Of a stretch of DNA of 64,000 bases, positions 20,720 to 32,267 are shown one piece after another (the stretch's first letter is position 1; every line of letters begins with the position of its first letter). Position numbers and translations under genes: made by a program. This DNA comes from an uncultured Rivularia sp. (GTDB taxonomy: Bacteria; Cyanobacteriota; Cyanobacteriia; Cyanobacteriales; Nostocaceae). The stretch covers positions 5,312,001-5,376,000 of the forward strand of contig OY762007.1 of the NCBI GenBank assembly GCA_963665115.1. Reading direction: 5' to 3'. Under the pieces are notes generated by a model that was not told the DNA's origin, did no database searches, and saw nothing but the letters and a program-made list of their open reading frames with translations.

Positions 20720-21877
20720 GTGAATTTGGGACAATGGATTGGTTTAATTGCCTTAACTGTTTCTTTGTATATTCTGTGGCAAATAAAAGAAGTCATTTTA
20801 CTTATATTTGCCGCAGTTGTTTTAGCTACTACTTTAAATCGATTGGCTCGAAGGTTACAACGCTTAGGAATAAGAGGCGGCATTGCAAAATTTTTAGCCG
20901 TAACTATATTTCTGATCGGAGTAATTGGTTTTTTCTGGCTAATCGTGCCATCTTTTATAGTCCAGTTTCAGGAATTAAGTTTTCAAATTCCCAAAGCTTT
21001 AGGACAGATCAATACTAGGCTTTTAGAATTGAGAAAACAGCTTCCTAATCAAGTAATTCCTTACATACCAGATATAGACAGCTTAATAACACAAGCTCAA
21101 CCATTTATTAATAGCGGTTTGGAAAGTACTTTTGCTTTGCTTTCTGGTTCTTTAGAAGTAATACTAAAAATTCTGTTAGTGCTGGTTTTAACGGGTATGT
21201 TTATTGCAGATCCTTTATCCTACCGTAAATTATTTGTCAGGCTTTTTCCCTCGTTTTACCGAAGGAGAGTAGAAGGAATTTTGGATGAATGTGAAGTGTC
21301 CTTAGAAGGTTGGGTAACTGGTGCTTCCATTGCAATGTTTTTGGTAGGACTTTTAAGTGTAGTGGGATTATCAGTATTACAAGTACGCTCGGCTTTAGCT
21401 TTGGGAGTTTTAGCCGGATTTCTGAACTTGATTCCCAATTTGGGACCTACTTTGAGCGTATTCCCAGCAATGGCGATCGGGCTGTTAGATTCTCCTTGGA
21501 AACCTCTTGCTATATTGATTCTGTACTTTTTTATTCAACAAGCTGAAAGTAATTTTATTACACCTATAGTTATGGCGCAGCAAGTTTCTTTACTGCCAGC
21601 TATAACCTTAATATCTCAGTTATTCTTCGTCACCTTTTTCGGCTTTTTAGGATTATTCTTAGCCTTGCCTTTAACCGTAGTAGCAAAGATTTGGGTACAG
21701 GAAATAGTAGTTAAAGATGTTTTAGATCAATGGAATCTTAAGACAAAAACACAAGCTGAATGCGTTATTGTTGCCGATAATGTCGAAATTAACACTTCAG
21801 AAGAAATTACGACTATTGAAAAGGAACGGTCAGTTTTGGAAGAAAATATTGAAGACAAAAGCGTGAATAAAGATTGA
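20720..21877 (+). CDS. AI-2E family transporter
   Basis: Multi-TM; NLIPNLGP, QQAESNFITP and GLFLALP motifs. Confidence 0.85.
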   Translation: MNLGQWIGLIALTVSLYILWQIKEVILLIFAAVVLATTLNRLARRLQRLGIRGGIAKFLAVTIFLIGVIGFFWLIVPSFIVQFQELSFQIPKALGQINTRLLELRKQLPNQVIPYIPDIDSLITQAQPFINSGLESTFALLSGSLEVILKILLVLVLTGMFIADPLSYRKLFVRLFPSFYRRRVEGILDECEVSLEGWVTGASIAMFLVGLLSVVGLSVLQVRSALALGVLAGFLNLIPNLGPTLSVFPAMAIGLLDSPWKPLAILILYFFIQQAESNFITPIVMAQQVSLLPAITLISQLFFVTFFGFLGLFLALPLTVVAKIWVQEIVVKDVLDQWNLKTKTQAECVIVADNVEINTSEEITTIEKERSVLEENIEDKSVNKD

Positions 21878-22266
21878 TTTTTAACGCTCTGAGCGAGTAG
21901 GTAATAGGGAACAAGGAACAGTGGAAAAAGTAATACGAATAAATAAACTTATTAGCTTGAAATAGCTGTTTTATCAGCGTAAACTTAGCATGAATTTTTA
22001 TAACTTGAGATATTGATAAACCTAGCTTTTTCAAAAAACCAGATTTATTAATTGTTAATATTTTCCAAAAAAATTCTGTATGAGATAAATTATATGACGG
22101 TAAATCCTATAACTTTAATTTAACTCAATTTATTCTACAAGACCAAACCTTGATGCCCTATGCCCTATGCCCTATTCCCTATTCCCTATTCCTAAAAGTC
22201 CGATGGAGTTTTATAATAAATTGATGTCCGGTTAATATCCGGAATAGTTGAGATTTTATATATAGC

Positions 22267-22887
22267 GTGCTAACAGCTTTTATCTCCGGATTTATATTAA
22301 TAACAGTTTCCGAAATTGGCGACAAGACCTTTTTTATTGCCATGATTTTGGCAATGCAGCATTCTCGGAAATTAATTTTTGCTAGTGCCATTTCAGCTTT
22401 AGCAGCAATGACAATCCTATCGGTAGGAGTAGGGCAAGCAGCTGCTTTATTCCCAAAAATTTATATTCATTACGCAGAAATAGCTTTATTTATAATTTTT
22501 GGCTTTAAATTGCTTTACGACTCCACTCAGATGCCAAGCGAAACTTGTGATGTCGTAGTAGTAGGAGAAGCCAAAGAAGCAGTAGAAAAAACAGATTTGC
22601 AGATCGAGGACGAACAAAATACTTGGGCAATTTTACTGAAAGGCTTCGTGTTAATTTTCGTCGCCGAATGGGGAGATAGAACTCAAATTGCCACCATTGC
22701 CTTAGCAGCCGAGAACAACCCAATTGGAGTAACCATTGGAGCAATATTAGGACACGCCATTTGCGCCGTAATAGCCGTTACCTCCGGACGAATATTAGCC
22801 GGACAAATCACCGAACGTCAACTCACCGCAGCCGGTGGATGCCTCTTTCTGATATTCGGCATTTTCGCTGCGATTCAAGGAACGTGA
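22267..22887 (+). CDS. TMEM165/GDT1 (UPF0016) cation transporter
   Basis: Two E-x-G-D-(K/R)-T motifs (EIGDKT, EWGDRT). Confidence 0.9.
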   Translation: MLTAFISGFILITVSEIGDKTFFIAMILAMQHSRKLIFASAISALAAMTILSVGVGQAAALFPKIYIHYAEIALFIIFGFKLLYDSTQMPSETCDVVVVGEAKEAVEKTDLQIEDEQNTWAILLKGFVLIFVAEWGDRTQIATIALAAENNPIGVTIGAILGHAICAVIAVTSGRILAGQITERQLTAAGGCLFLIFGIFAAIQGT

Positions 22888-23010
22888 ATAGTAGCAAGTA
22901 GGGAGTAGGGAGTAAATTACAAATAGTTCTTATTATCAGCCGGGCTGCTCAATTATTCATTTCCTACTCGCTACTTGCTACTTGTTACTCGCTACTTGCT
23001 ACTCTCCCCA

Positions 23011-23877
23011 TCATTCCCCAGAGGGAGTTGGCGAAACTTCGGGAGTGGGAGTCTCAGAAGCGGTAGCTCTTTGTCTGTTGATTTCGTCTTTGTAGCGAGC
23101 TGGGGCTAAAGAATTTGCTTTTTCAAATAAAGGTTGTGCTTCTTCGGTTTTCCCTTGATCTTTTAAAACCATTGCTTTTGCTAAAAAGGGGCGAAAATCT
23201 TTGGGGTCACTTTTGATTACTTTGTCGTAAGTTGATAAGGCTTGGGCATATCGTTTTTCTTTTGCGTAAACGCTACCTAATAAAACTTGAACGGCTGTAG
23301 TATCAACGCTATCGGGTTCAATTTTATTTGCTTTCTCTGCTTTATCGAGACTTTCTTGTAGTAAACCAATCGCAGCTTCGGGGCGTTTTTGGTCTAATAG
23401 AAGGGCTACCATACCCTGTAGGGCTGGTAAATCTCCTGGTTTTGTTTCTAAAACAGTACGGTAAGCTTGAGCGGCTCCTTCTTTGTCACCTGCCTGCTGC
23501 TTTGCTTGGGCTAATAGTACGGCGTATCTTGTTTCTTCCGGGTTAAGCTTTGATAACTTTTCTAAAGGTGTAATTATCTCTTTGATGTCGCCTTGTCCTA
23601 ATCTAAATAATTGTAGACGAGCTTCTAATAAACCTTGGAGTGCAGTTCTGTTTTCTGGTTCTCGTTCTAAAACTTGTTCGTAACCCTTTGCAGTTAGTTC
23701 CAACTTTGCTTTTTGATCTGAAGCAGAATTGCCCGTTCCCGTAGCACTATTACCCGACTGTTGGGAATCATTGAAAGCCGCTATGATAGGAACCATTGAA
23801 CCACCCACAAGGGCAATAACAGCTAATATCAATACGATTTTCACAAACCAGCGATTACGACCTTTAGACACCTTCAC
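23011..23877 (-). CDS. Membrane-anchored TPR protein
   Basis: N-terminal TM followed by TPR-like helices. Confidence 0.75.
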   Translation of the reverse strand: MKVSKGRNRWFVKIVLILAVIALVGGSMVPIIAAFNDSQQSGNSATGTGNSASDQKAKLELTAKGYEQVLEREPENRTALQGLLEARLQLFRLGQGDIKEIITPLEKLSKLNPEETRYAVLLAQAKQQAGDKEGAAQAYRTVLETKPGDLPALQGMVALLLDQKRPEAAIGLLQESLDKAEKANKIEPDSVDTTAVQVLLGSVYAKEKRYAQALSTYDKVIKSDPKDFRPFLAKAMVLKDQGKTEEAQPLFEKANSLAPARYKDEINRQRATASETPTPEVSPTPSGE

Positions 23878-24263
23878 CGTCCTTTACTTTGAATGAAATA
23901 ATCGTGTATAGAGAAATTGAAAAACAAAAAAATTCTTAAAACTTTACGGAATACCGTGTAGTGCTTGTGAACTTTATAACAAATACTCGCGCTTTTTTGC
24001 CGTATCTTAAATGACGACTTTAGGAGGAATAGTCTGAAATTGTAGCTATGGTATGCTTTTGTTCCAAGTGTAAAGGCGCTAAATTACACCTAATAGTGTT
24101 TAAATGCGAAACTTCGCAACACTAATATCTCATATCTCATAGAGTTTATCTATTATCGGTTGTAATGGTTGGAAATATACCTACCTGCTCGCCGTGGGAT
24201 TACTCTTGAGAGTAGCCTTTGTAAAGTCCCATATGGGATGTGTCTCCGCCGCAAGGAGTTTTT

Positions 24264-25331
24264 ATGAATTCCGACCTGATGCCGTCTTCTGAATCGTCCG
24301 AATCCTCCAATTTATCTGCTTCTACGGAAGCGCAAGATAAAAGCTTAGAAACTTCTTCTAAAGCTGATAGTAAAGATAGTCAAACTGTTGACAAATCTGA
24401 CTCAACCAAGAGTGAATCCGCTCAAACTAACGAACCCGCAAGGCAGCAACCAATTCCTCCGCCTTCGGAACCAATGCAATACCGAGCAATCGGTTTGGTT
24501 CGCGGCCGTTACGTTCCCACAAGCGAACAATTTACTCAAGGTGCGTTAGTTACTCCAGACAATGTAGAACTCGATGCCGTCCTCTTAGGTCGGATTATGA
24601 GTTTGGTTAAAAACCATCTGGACTTAGAAAAAGACCACTTGTGGGTGGTTTATCCGCGTACTCGACAAGAAAACGACAATCTTCATCTCCAAATTGTCGG
24701 AGTCTGGGAACCAGAAAAGTTGGCTGTAAACCGCCAAACTACAGAGGAATCCCCAGAATCAGCAACCACTGAGACTGAAGTGCGATCGCCCGAAGCCGAC
24801 GAATCGGTTACGGATGATTCGCCATCTCCAACGTCCGAAGCAGCAGGTGAGCTTACACCTTCATCAGAAATTCCAGATGGTGGTTTTTCCGTTCGTGGTG
24901 AAGTAGTTTACCAATCTTTTGACGCTGGGAACTTGGTGGTTAAAATCAAGCAAGCACCGCGCAAAAATGACGACAAACCCAAATATTTCAAGTTGAAACT
25001 GACGGGTAAGTTAGAAACCAAAGCTGTCGGCAAGTTCTGGGACTTCCAAGTCCAGCGACAAGCAGACCTTTTGATGATAGAGAAAGCTGAATTCATCGCC
25101 GACTTACCCAAGAAACGCCGACCTCCCTTCAAAAGAGGAGCCGGAGGAGCCGGAGGAGGAAGACCACCTCGTAGAGGTGGAGCCGGAGGAGCAAGACCGT
25201 ATAACAAACGACAAAGCGGTGATACTCCACGTCCTGTTAAGAAAGCAGGTCAATCAACGGATGCTCCAAAACCGGCGAATAACCGACCGACTCCCAAGCC
25301 CGTGAAGCGATCGAAGCCACCCGAAGAGTAG
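24264..25331 (+). CDS. Conserved cyanobacterial hypothetical protein with disordered termini
   Basis: QYRAIG and LWVVYPRT core; basic Gly/Arg-rich tail. Confidence 0.7.
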   Translation: MNSDLMPSSESSESSNLSASTEAQDKSLETSSKADSKDSQTVDKSDSTKSESAQTNEPARQQPIPPPSEPMQYRAIGLVRGRYVPTSEQFTQGALVTPDNVELDAVLLGRIMSLVKNHLDLEKDHLWVVYPRTRQENDNLHLQIVGVWEPEKLAVNRQTTEESPESATTETEVRSPEADESVTDDSPSPTSEAAGELTPSSEIPDGGFSVRGEVVYQSFDAGNLVVKIKQAPRKNDDKPKYFKLKLTGKLETKAVGKFWDFQVQRQADLLMIEKAEFIADLPKKRRPPFKRGAGGAGGGRPPRRGGAGGARPYNKRQSGDTPRPVKKAGQSTDAPKPANNRPTPKPVKRSKPPEE

Positions 25332-25435
25332 GGATGGGGGGATAGGGAGACAAGGGGACAAGAAAGGGGACAAGAGGAATTTTAACCTTTGACCTTTGAC
25401 CTTTGACCTATGCCCCGTGCCCCATTTACGATGGT

Positions 25436-26629
25436 TTAAAACTCCTTCCAACGATCTTGGGGGAGAAAAGACCTGTCCATTGAAATTGGAGCGACTGGTT
25501 CGGTAAGGGTAAATTTACCTAGTTGAATCCATTGCTTTAATTCAATGGCGACCTGTCGGGAGAGAAATATACTCGCTAGCGGCGCTACTCTTACTGTTTT
25601 TCCGTCAATGGTGATGCGTCCGGATTTGAGTTGGGTATAGCTAACCAATCCAAAGGTAGGGCGCACCCGTCGGGGAATGGAAAAGTCTACTATCGGCGCG
25701 ACTATATCTTTGTCTTGTATGGCGCAACGCTCTACTACTTCCTCGTTTAATACTGGTAGCGGTACTCCTACCCCCAGCATGATCGAAGGGCCATAATTTT
25801 TAAAATAACAACCTCTTACCCAACGCGCATCCATTTGCTTAGCATCGCCGATTAAAGCCAAAGTCGCAGCAGGGCCAACTGGCGTATCATTGGGTAAACG
25901 CTTTTGCATCGGATTGTGCTGCGTACCTTCCCAAGTAACGTAACCAATTCCACCACCTAAAAAAATTCGCGTTCCGATACCCACAAGCTTTAAATATGGG
26001 TCATTCAGTAAAGGTGAAATCGCACCTGGATTAGAATAAACTGCATTCCCCAAACGCGGTTGCAGCACACCAAGATAGGTATAAAGCGGACTCTCTCCAC
26101 CGTTTACACCAACTATAAAGTTTTGATATAAATTACGCGGATTAAATAAATAAAACTGATTTATATTATCGCGAGTAATAGTAGTTTCAAAACTTGCTCT
26201 AGGGTAACAATCAGTTACTTGTCCCTGCGCTCTTACCTGTACCGGTTTACCTGCGATTAAATCTTCTATAACATTACCGCCACCTTTTAATATCTTTGAA
26301 GCGTTTTCTCCACCGCTTCCAGTTTCTCCTTCTAAAGGTTCGGCAGTACTGCTAGCACCTAAATATAAATCCACTGCCCCAAAACCGGAATATGCCGGTA
26401 CACCATCCAACCAGCAGCGGCGAATTTTAATCGGCGGATCGGTATGTCCGAGGTTAATAATGGCACCACTCGATTCCATTTGTTCAAAAGTGCCAGTGGT
26501 AACTACATCGACTTGTTTTGCAGCTTTAGCAACGCCTACCTCAGCGACTTTTGCTTTCAATTCTTCAATTGTTAAAACTACCGCCTTTTTACGGTTTATT
26601 TTTTCGTTTATCTGGGCAATAGTTCGCAT
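25436..26629 (-). CDS. DUF39 homocysteine-biosynthesis (sulfur incorporation) protein
   Basis: RTIAQINEKI, VDVVTTGTF, NPRNLYQN and GIGTRIFLGG motifs. Confidence 0.8.
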   Translation of the reverse strand: MRTIAQINEKINRKKAVVLTIEELKAKVAEVGVAKAAKQVDVVTTGTFEQMESSGAIINLGHTDPPIKIRRCWLDGVPAYSGFGAVDLYLGASSTAEPLEGETGSGGENASKILKGGGNVIEDLIAGKPVQVRAQGQVTDCYPRASFETTITRDNINQFYLFNPRNLYQNFIVGVNGGESPLYTYLGVLQPRLGNAVYSNPGAISPLLNDPYLKLVGIGTRIFLGGGIGYVTWEGTQHNPMQKRLPNDTPVGPAATLALIGDAKQMDARWVRGCYFKNYGPSIMLGVGVPLPVLNEEVVERCAIQDKDIVAPIVDFSIPRRVRPTFGLVSYTQLKSGRITIDGKTVRVAPLASIFLSRQVAIELKQWIQLGKFTLTEPVAPISMDRSFLPQDRWKEF

Positions 26630-26911
26630 ATTGGATGTAAAAAATAGGTCAGGCAAAACTTTTCCGGAGGTGCAGTCTAGAATAAAAATTGTATTCTTAA
26701 ACTATATTTTTAATTTTCTCATCATCATGTATAAAATCTTTTTTAGATAATTTAAAAGATTATTAGTCATAAAAACAACATTCAAGCTAAGCTTACCGCT
26801 ATTATCTTTGTTACTGTAGGTGTCAGCAACAGACAATTGAAATATAAAATTGGTTAACAATTACTTATTATCGTTTGTATTATCAGACACCGTTCGATCG
26901 ATAAGATTTTT

Positions 26912-27694
26912 ATGAATACTTTTAACTTTAATAGCGATATAGAATCTTTAATCTCTAGATTAAAACAGTTAGAAGCCGAAAACAGCATCTGGAAAGAAAG
27001 CACTTTGATGTTACAGCGCTCCCTTGATGAGTTAAAGCGAGATTTTGCTACTAGGGAGGAACCACAGCAATTACAATCTATGCAGGAGAACATTTCAACG
27101 TTATCCGCACAAGTTGCAGAATTACAACAGTGTTTGAATCAATTATCAGTTGGAGATAACGGTTTTATATATCCCGGAAATAATGGCATCGCCAATCGAG
27201 AAGAAGACTTAGATGATGATGATGAAATGGTAAGCCATTTACTTGACTTAATGGAAGAAGACACCGAAGAAATTGAAGAAAAGCGAGAACCTATATCTGA
27301 AGCAGAGAAAGAATTTAAAGTAGAAAGAATGTGGTTTTTGCTGTAGGGGATTTATGCAGTAGAAGAAACGGTTGAGCGATATTGAGTTTAGGATTTACGC
27401 AACTGGCACCATTTTCTTGTAGGGGAGGCAAAAGGGGGTGTAGATTTTCTTCCCCCCTTATTGCCGTTGTGTGACTAGGGTGTTGACTTTGATAAAATTT
27501 ACGCGCTTAAAGTTCATACCCCAAAAGTTAATCTAAGCAACGCAAATCTCACTTCAGCTGATTTACGTGGAGCCGATTTAACAAATGCAAATTTGGAAAA
27601 TGCTTGTTTAGAAGATGCCAACTTAGCAGGAGCAATTCTTGATGACGCAAACCTTACAGGCGCTATGATGCCGGATGGTACTATTCACGAATAA
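26912..27694 (+). pseudogene. Disrupted coiled-coil plus pentapeptide-repeat protein
   Basis: ORF 26912-27346 stops; an orphan frame at 27479-27694 encodes NLSNANLTSADLRGADLTNANL..MPDGTIHE. Confidence 0.6.
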
Positions 27695-27787
27695 AAAACG
27701 CCTACATTTTAGAAGCGTGTAAATAAAAATCAAAACATTGGGAGACGTTGCACTGCAACGTCTCTACATTATTTATCTGTATTTAAT

Positions 27788-27837
27788 TAGTCCGCGAAGG
27801 CGGACTTTGCTTGTGTAGACGCGGTTTCAACCGCCGG
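27788..27837 (+). repeat. Two-hairpin dispersed repeat (TAGYCC-loop-GGRCTTT-N-TAG-hairpin); relatives at 50896-50946 (+), 43661-43715 (-) and 44723-44778 (-)
   Basis: Shared architecture with covarying stems. Confidence 0.6.
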
Positions 27838-27852
27838 AATAACCGGATTTTC

Positions 27853-29580
27853 TCAATATTTCCTCTCTTTCGGCTCAAACATGGTAATCGCAACTGGACG
27901 ATATTGAATATCAATTCCGGCTGCGGAATAGTAAGCCATTGTATGCTGCAAATATTTTTCGTCGTCTCTTTCGGTAAAATCTTCCCGACAATGTGCGCCT
28001 CTACTTTCCTGACGGTTGAGAGCAGATGTCAAAATCATTTTTCCGACTACCATCAAGCTTCTTAACTCTAAAGCTTCAATAAGTTCTGTATTCCAACAAC
28101 TTCCTTTGTCATCTAAATAAATTTGCGAATAATTATTTTGAATTTGTTCTATTTTTTCTAATCCTTGTGTCATCAATTCTTCGTTACGAAATACGCCGCA
28201 ATAATCTGTCATGGCATCTTGAAATTCTTGCCTTATTCGATCAATCCGATATTCCCCTGGCTGCTCTAACAAACTTTGAATTTGCTCTTTAGCTTCGTTG
28301 ATATAACGCTGCTCGTCAACAGAGGGTAATTTACGATTTTCTACGTATTTAGCAATGCTTGCTCCAGTTCTACGTCCGTAAACTACACATTCCAACAGCG
28401 AATTACTACCGAGGCGATTTGCTCCATGTACGGATACGCAAGCGCTTTCTCCTGCTGCAAAAAACGCTTCTACCAATCCATCATTACTACTGCGAACTTG
28501 TCCGTCGGTGTTTACTGGGATACCACCCATCGAATAGTGAATTGTTGGACGTATGGGCATTGGTTCGTTTACGGCATCAACTCCTACTAAACGGTGTGCT
28601 TCTTCCCAACAAAAAGGTACGCGGCTCATGATTTTTTCTCTACCCATATGCCGTAAGTCAAGATAAACACAGGGACCGCCGGGACTACCATCAGCATGAG
28701 CGCCTCTTCCAGCGCGGACTTCACGAGTAATTGCTCTCGATGTAATATCTCGTGGCGCTAATTCCATGCGAGAAGGAGCGTAATTTTTCATAAAGCGATC
28801 GCCTTCACAATTGATCAAATATGCACCTTCACCACGCACGGCTTCGGAAATTAATACGCCTACGGGATACAAGCCAGTTGGGTGAAATTGTACAAATTCC
28901 ATGTCTTGCAATGGCAATCCGGCAAGGGCTGTAATCGCCAACCCATCACCTGTTGAAGCATAATCATTAGATGTTGTGTTAAAAGCTCTACCATAACCAC
29001 CAGTCGCAAACATCACGGCTTTAGCTCGCATCACTTCAATGTGTCCGTCAAGGATGCGGAACATTAACACGCCTTTAGCTTGATTCTCTTCCAGTATCAA
29101 GCGCATTACGTACCATTCATCATAAATATGTACGCCATAGCGCCGCAAATTATTCACCAATTCATGCAAAATCGCATGGCCAGTTTTATCAGCAGCATAG
29201 CAGGTACGATTGTGGGAATGTCCCCCAAAAGCCCGTTGAGCAATTCTACCGTCATCCAAACGCGAGAACAAAACACCCATGTGTTCTAAATCTATAACCA
29301 CATCCGGCGCTTCTTTAGTAAGAATTTCGACTGCATCTTGATCCGCCAAATAATCGGAACCTTTTACAGTATCAAAAGCGTGCGCTTCCCAAGTATCGGC
29401 AGAATCCACATTCTTCAGTGAAGCCGCCATACCACCTTGCGCTGCCACCGAATGGGAACGAATCGGGTGAGTTTTAGCAATTACAGCAATACTTAAACTA
29501 GGATTAGTCCGTGCAATTTCCACAGCAGCGCGACTTCCAGCCAATCCACCACCAACTATAATTACATCGTGTTCTAACAT
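27853..29580 (-). CDS. sdhA: Succinate dehydrogenase/fumarate reductase flavoprotein subunit
   Basis: GGGLAG, RSHSVAAQGG FAD-His motif, QFHPT, HGANRLGSNSL; start at MLEHDV. Confidence 0.95.
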   Translation of the reverse strand: MLEHDVIIVGGGLAGSRAAVEIARTNPSLSIAVIAKTHPIRSHSVAAQGGMAASLKNVDSADTWEAHAFDTVKGSDYLADQDAVEILTKEAPDVVIDLEHMGVLFSRLDDGRIAQRAFGGHSHNRTCYAADKTGHAILHELVNNLRRYGVHIYDEWYVMRLILEENQAKGVLMFRILDGHIEVMRAKAVMFATGGYGRAFNTTSNDYASTGDGLAITALAGLPLQDMEFVQFHPTGLYPVGVLISEAVRGEGAYLINCEGDRFMKNYAPSRMELAPRDITSRAITREVRAGRGAHADGSPGGPCVYLDLRHMGREKIMSRVPFCWEEAHRLVGVDAVNEPMPIRPTIHYSMGGIPVNTDGQVRSSNDGLVEAFFAAGESACVSVHGANRLGSNSLLECVVYGRRTGASIAKYVENRKLPSVDEQRYINEAKEQIQSLLEQPGEYRIDRIRQEFQDAMTDYCGVFRNEELMTQGLEKIEQIQNNYSQIYLDDKGSCWNTELIEALELRSLMVVGKMILTSALNRQESRGAHCREDFTERDDEKYLQHTMAYYSAAGIDIQYRPVAITMFEPKERKY

Positions 29581-29878
29581 CTTTCCCCCCGACTTTAAGA
29601 AATCTATTTTTCTATAGTTACTTATATTTGGGAGAATAGGGCATAGGGCATGGGGCATGGAAAATAGGTTAGGAATTAAGAGTCAAGAGTTATAAATATA
29701 TTTTTTACAACTATTTACCTTTTATCTATTCACCTGGGCAGATGGGAAGATGAAGTTAGGAGTTAGGAGTTAGGAATTAGGAGTTAAGAGTTATGAATTT
29801 ATCTATCACAACTAATTACCTTTGACCTTTAACCTTTAACCTTTAACCTATTCCCAATGCCCAATGTCCAATGCCCAA

Positions 29879-30187
29879 CTAACCTGCTTGAACGGGTTGT
29901 TGTTGAGAAACGTTACCTGGAATTGGCTCCATCTCTGTTCCTGGTTCTACAGCAGATAGTTCAATATGATTTATCAATGTGGTGACGAATCCAAATAGTA
30001 AAAAAGGTAATGATAAAAGCACAACGAGTCCGACTGTAGCTAAAGCATACACTGGTCTTCTGGCACCCATCAACGCTAAGGCTGATGCCAAACTAATGGT
30101 AATGGTTATTAACCAAACCATTATTTGACCGTATACATCTCCAAAAGTTAAAGTGCAGACAAAGCGATACTTTTGTAAGTTAATCAT
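29879..30187 (-). CDS. Conserved small membrane protein
   Basis: CTLTFGDVYGQ motif plus two TM helices. Confidence 0.65.
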   Translation of the reverse strand: MINLQKYRFVCTLTFGDVYGQIMVWLITITISLASALALMGARRPVYALATVGLVVLLSLPFLLFGFVTTLINHIELSAVEPGTEMEPIPGNVSQQQPVQAG

Positions 30188-30663
30188 TTTATTTACCTCA
30201 ATTCTCAATATATGCTTCTACGTTAAAACCATGTTTGGGTTTTAGACGATTTCTAAATATTTTTGAAATAATTGTAATATCGCTTAATAAATATTAGGTT
30301 TGCTGCTAAATATTTACACAAATAAATCTATCTTGAGATGGGAATTAGAAATTGGGAATTGGGAATGGGGCATTGAAAGTAAAATATTTTTTTGTGTTTA
30401 CATTTTGAGAATCAAAATACATAACGCTTTTAATAATCTATAAGTATTCAGAAATCTGGTGAAAAAATGGGTTTGCGAACATACCATTTTTTTATAAATC
30501 AGATAAGATTGCTACCGATCTTTTTCTATGCATAAAAGTTAATAATTAGTAATTTATAGCCCTAATTATAATATCGTCACGGGATAATTTTATTTCTATG
30601 GTGTGAGTCGCTTTGAGCCTATTATCTGTAAATATAGCAACTAGAAGAAATACAGGGTAATAA

Positions 30664-32118
30664 ATGCAAGTTAAAACACCAGACTGGGTTAAGCACGCTA
30701 TTTTCTACCAGATTTTTCCAGATAGATTCGCGATTAGCAAACAGCCCCGCAAACGCTTGTTAAATAATGCAAGTTGGGAAGACTGGGATACAACACCTAC
30801 ACTCCAAGGTTATAAAGGAGGGGATTTATGGGGTGTAATGGAAGAATTAGATTATTTGCAGGATTTAGGCGTTAATGCTATCTACTTTACTCCTATTTTT
30901 CAATCAGCTTGCAACCATCGCTATCATACCCATGATTATTTCATGGTAGATCCTTTACTCGGCGGGAATGTTGCTTTCAAAGAATTATTAGAAGCTGCTC
31001 ACGCACGAGATATTAAAGTTGTTTTAGATGGCGTATTCAATCATAGCAGTCGCGGCTTTTTCTTTTTCAACGATATTTTAGAAAATGGTCCGCATTCGCC
31101 GTGGTTAGATTGGTTTAAAATTCAAGGCTGGCCGCTTGCACCCTACACTGGCGATTCACCAGCTAATTACGAAGGATGGGACGGAAACCGCGCTCTACCA
31201 GTTTTTAACCACGATAATCCCGAAGTAAGGGAATATATCATGGAAATTGCCGAATACTGGATAAAATTTGGTATTGATGGCTGGCGCTTAGATGTTCCTT
31301 TTGAAATTAGAACACCTGGTTTTTGGCAAGAATTTAGGGAAAGAGTCAAAGCAATTAACAGCGAGGCTTATATAGTTGGTGAAGTTTGGACTGATGCTCG
31401 TGAATGGCTCGATGGTAGCCAATTTGACGGTGTAATGAATTATTTATTCACCGCACCAACCATAGCTTTTACAGCAGGCGATCGCGTTGATATAGATCAG
31501 GTTAAAGACCGCTCCTATGACCCATATCCGGCTTTATCTGCTACTGGATACGCCGAAAAAATTCAAGAAGTATTAAAGCTTTATCCTTGGGAAATTCAAC
31601 TGACTCAATTAAACTTACTTGCGTCTCACGATACCGCACGCTTAATTAGTATTGCTGATGGAGATAAAAAAAGCGTTGAATTAGCAACTTTACTTTTACT
31701 TACTTATCCCGGTCCTCCGAGCATATATTATGGTGATGAAGTTGGTTTACCAGGTAAGCTCGATCCAGATTCGCGACGTGGTTTTCCATTAGAAGCCAAT
31801 TGGGATAAAGAAATTCTCAAAACTCACCGCGAATTAATTGCTTTGCGCCACGCTTACCCCTGCTTGCGTACTGGTGATTACAAAGTATTGTTTGCAGAAG
31901 CAGAAGTATATGTATTTGCTCGTATTTTAGATCAACAAGAATTGATTGTAGCGGTTAATGTTGGTACTTCTGCTGCAAAAGTTGATGTAGATATAGCTAA
32001 TTTACAATCCCAACCAAACAAGATTTTATACGCTAGCGAAAAAGTGGAATTAAATCATCAAGGAGATTCGCGAATATTTTTAAATATTCCTCCCCGCACG
32101 GGATGCGTTATCAGTTAA
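30664..32118 (+). CDS. Glycoside hydrolase family 13 (neopullulanase-like)
   Basis: YQIFPDRF, LDGVFNH, GWRLDV, GEVW and SHD catalytic regions. Confidence 0.92.
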   Translation: MQVKTPDWVKHAIFYQIFPDRFAISKQPRKRLLNNASWEDWDTTPTLQGYKGGDLWGVMEELDYLQDLGVNAIYFTPIFQSACNHRYHTHDYFMVDPLLGGNVAFKELLEAAHARDIKVVLDGVFNHSSRGFFFFNDILENGPHSPWLDWFKIQGWPLAPYTGDSPANYEGWDGNRALPVFNHDNPEVREYIMEIAEYWIKFGIDGWRLDVPFEIRTPGFWQEFRERVKAINSEAYIVGEVWTDAREWLDGSQFDGVMNYLFTAPTIAFTAGDRVDIDQVKDRSYDPYPALSATGYAEKIQEVLKLYPWEIQLTQLNLLASHDTARLISIADGDKKSVELATLLLLTYPGPPSIYYGDEVGLPGKLDPDSRRGFPLEANWDKEILKTHRELIALRHAYPCLRTGDYKVLFAEAEVYVFARILDQQELIVAVNVGTSAAKVDVDIANLQSQPNKILYASEKVELNHQGDSRIFLNIPPRTGCVIS

Positions 32119-32267
32119 CAGTTATCAATTATCAATTAGTAATCCACATCAAGACATATTCCTTACCCACAAGTCAGGAATGTAGAGACGTAGCACTGCT
32201 ACGTCTCCAAAAGAGTTGTGAGTTAAAAACGATCGATTCAAAACTGTTAACTGTTTACTGTTCACTG

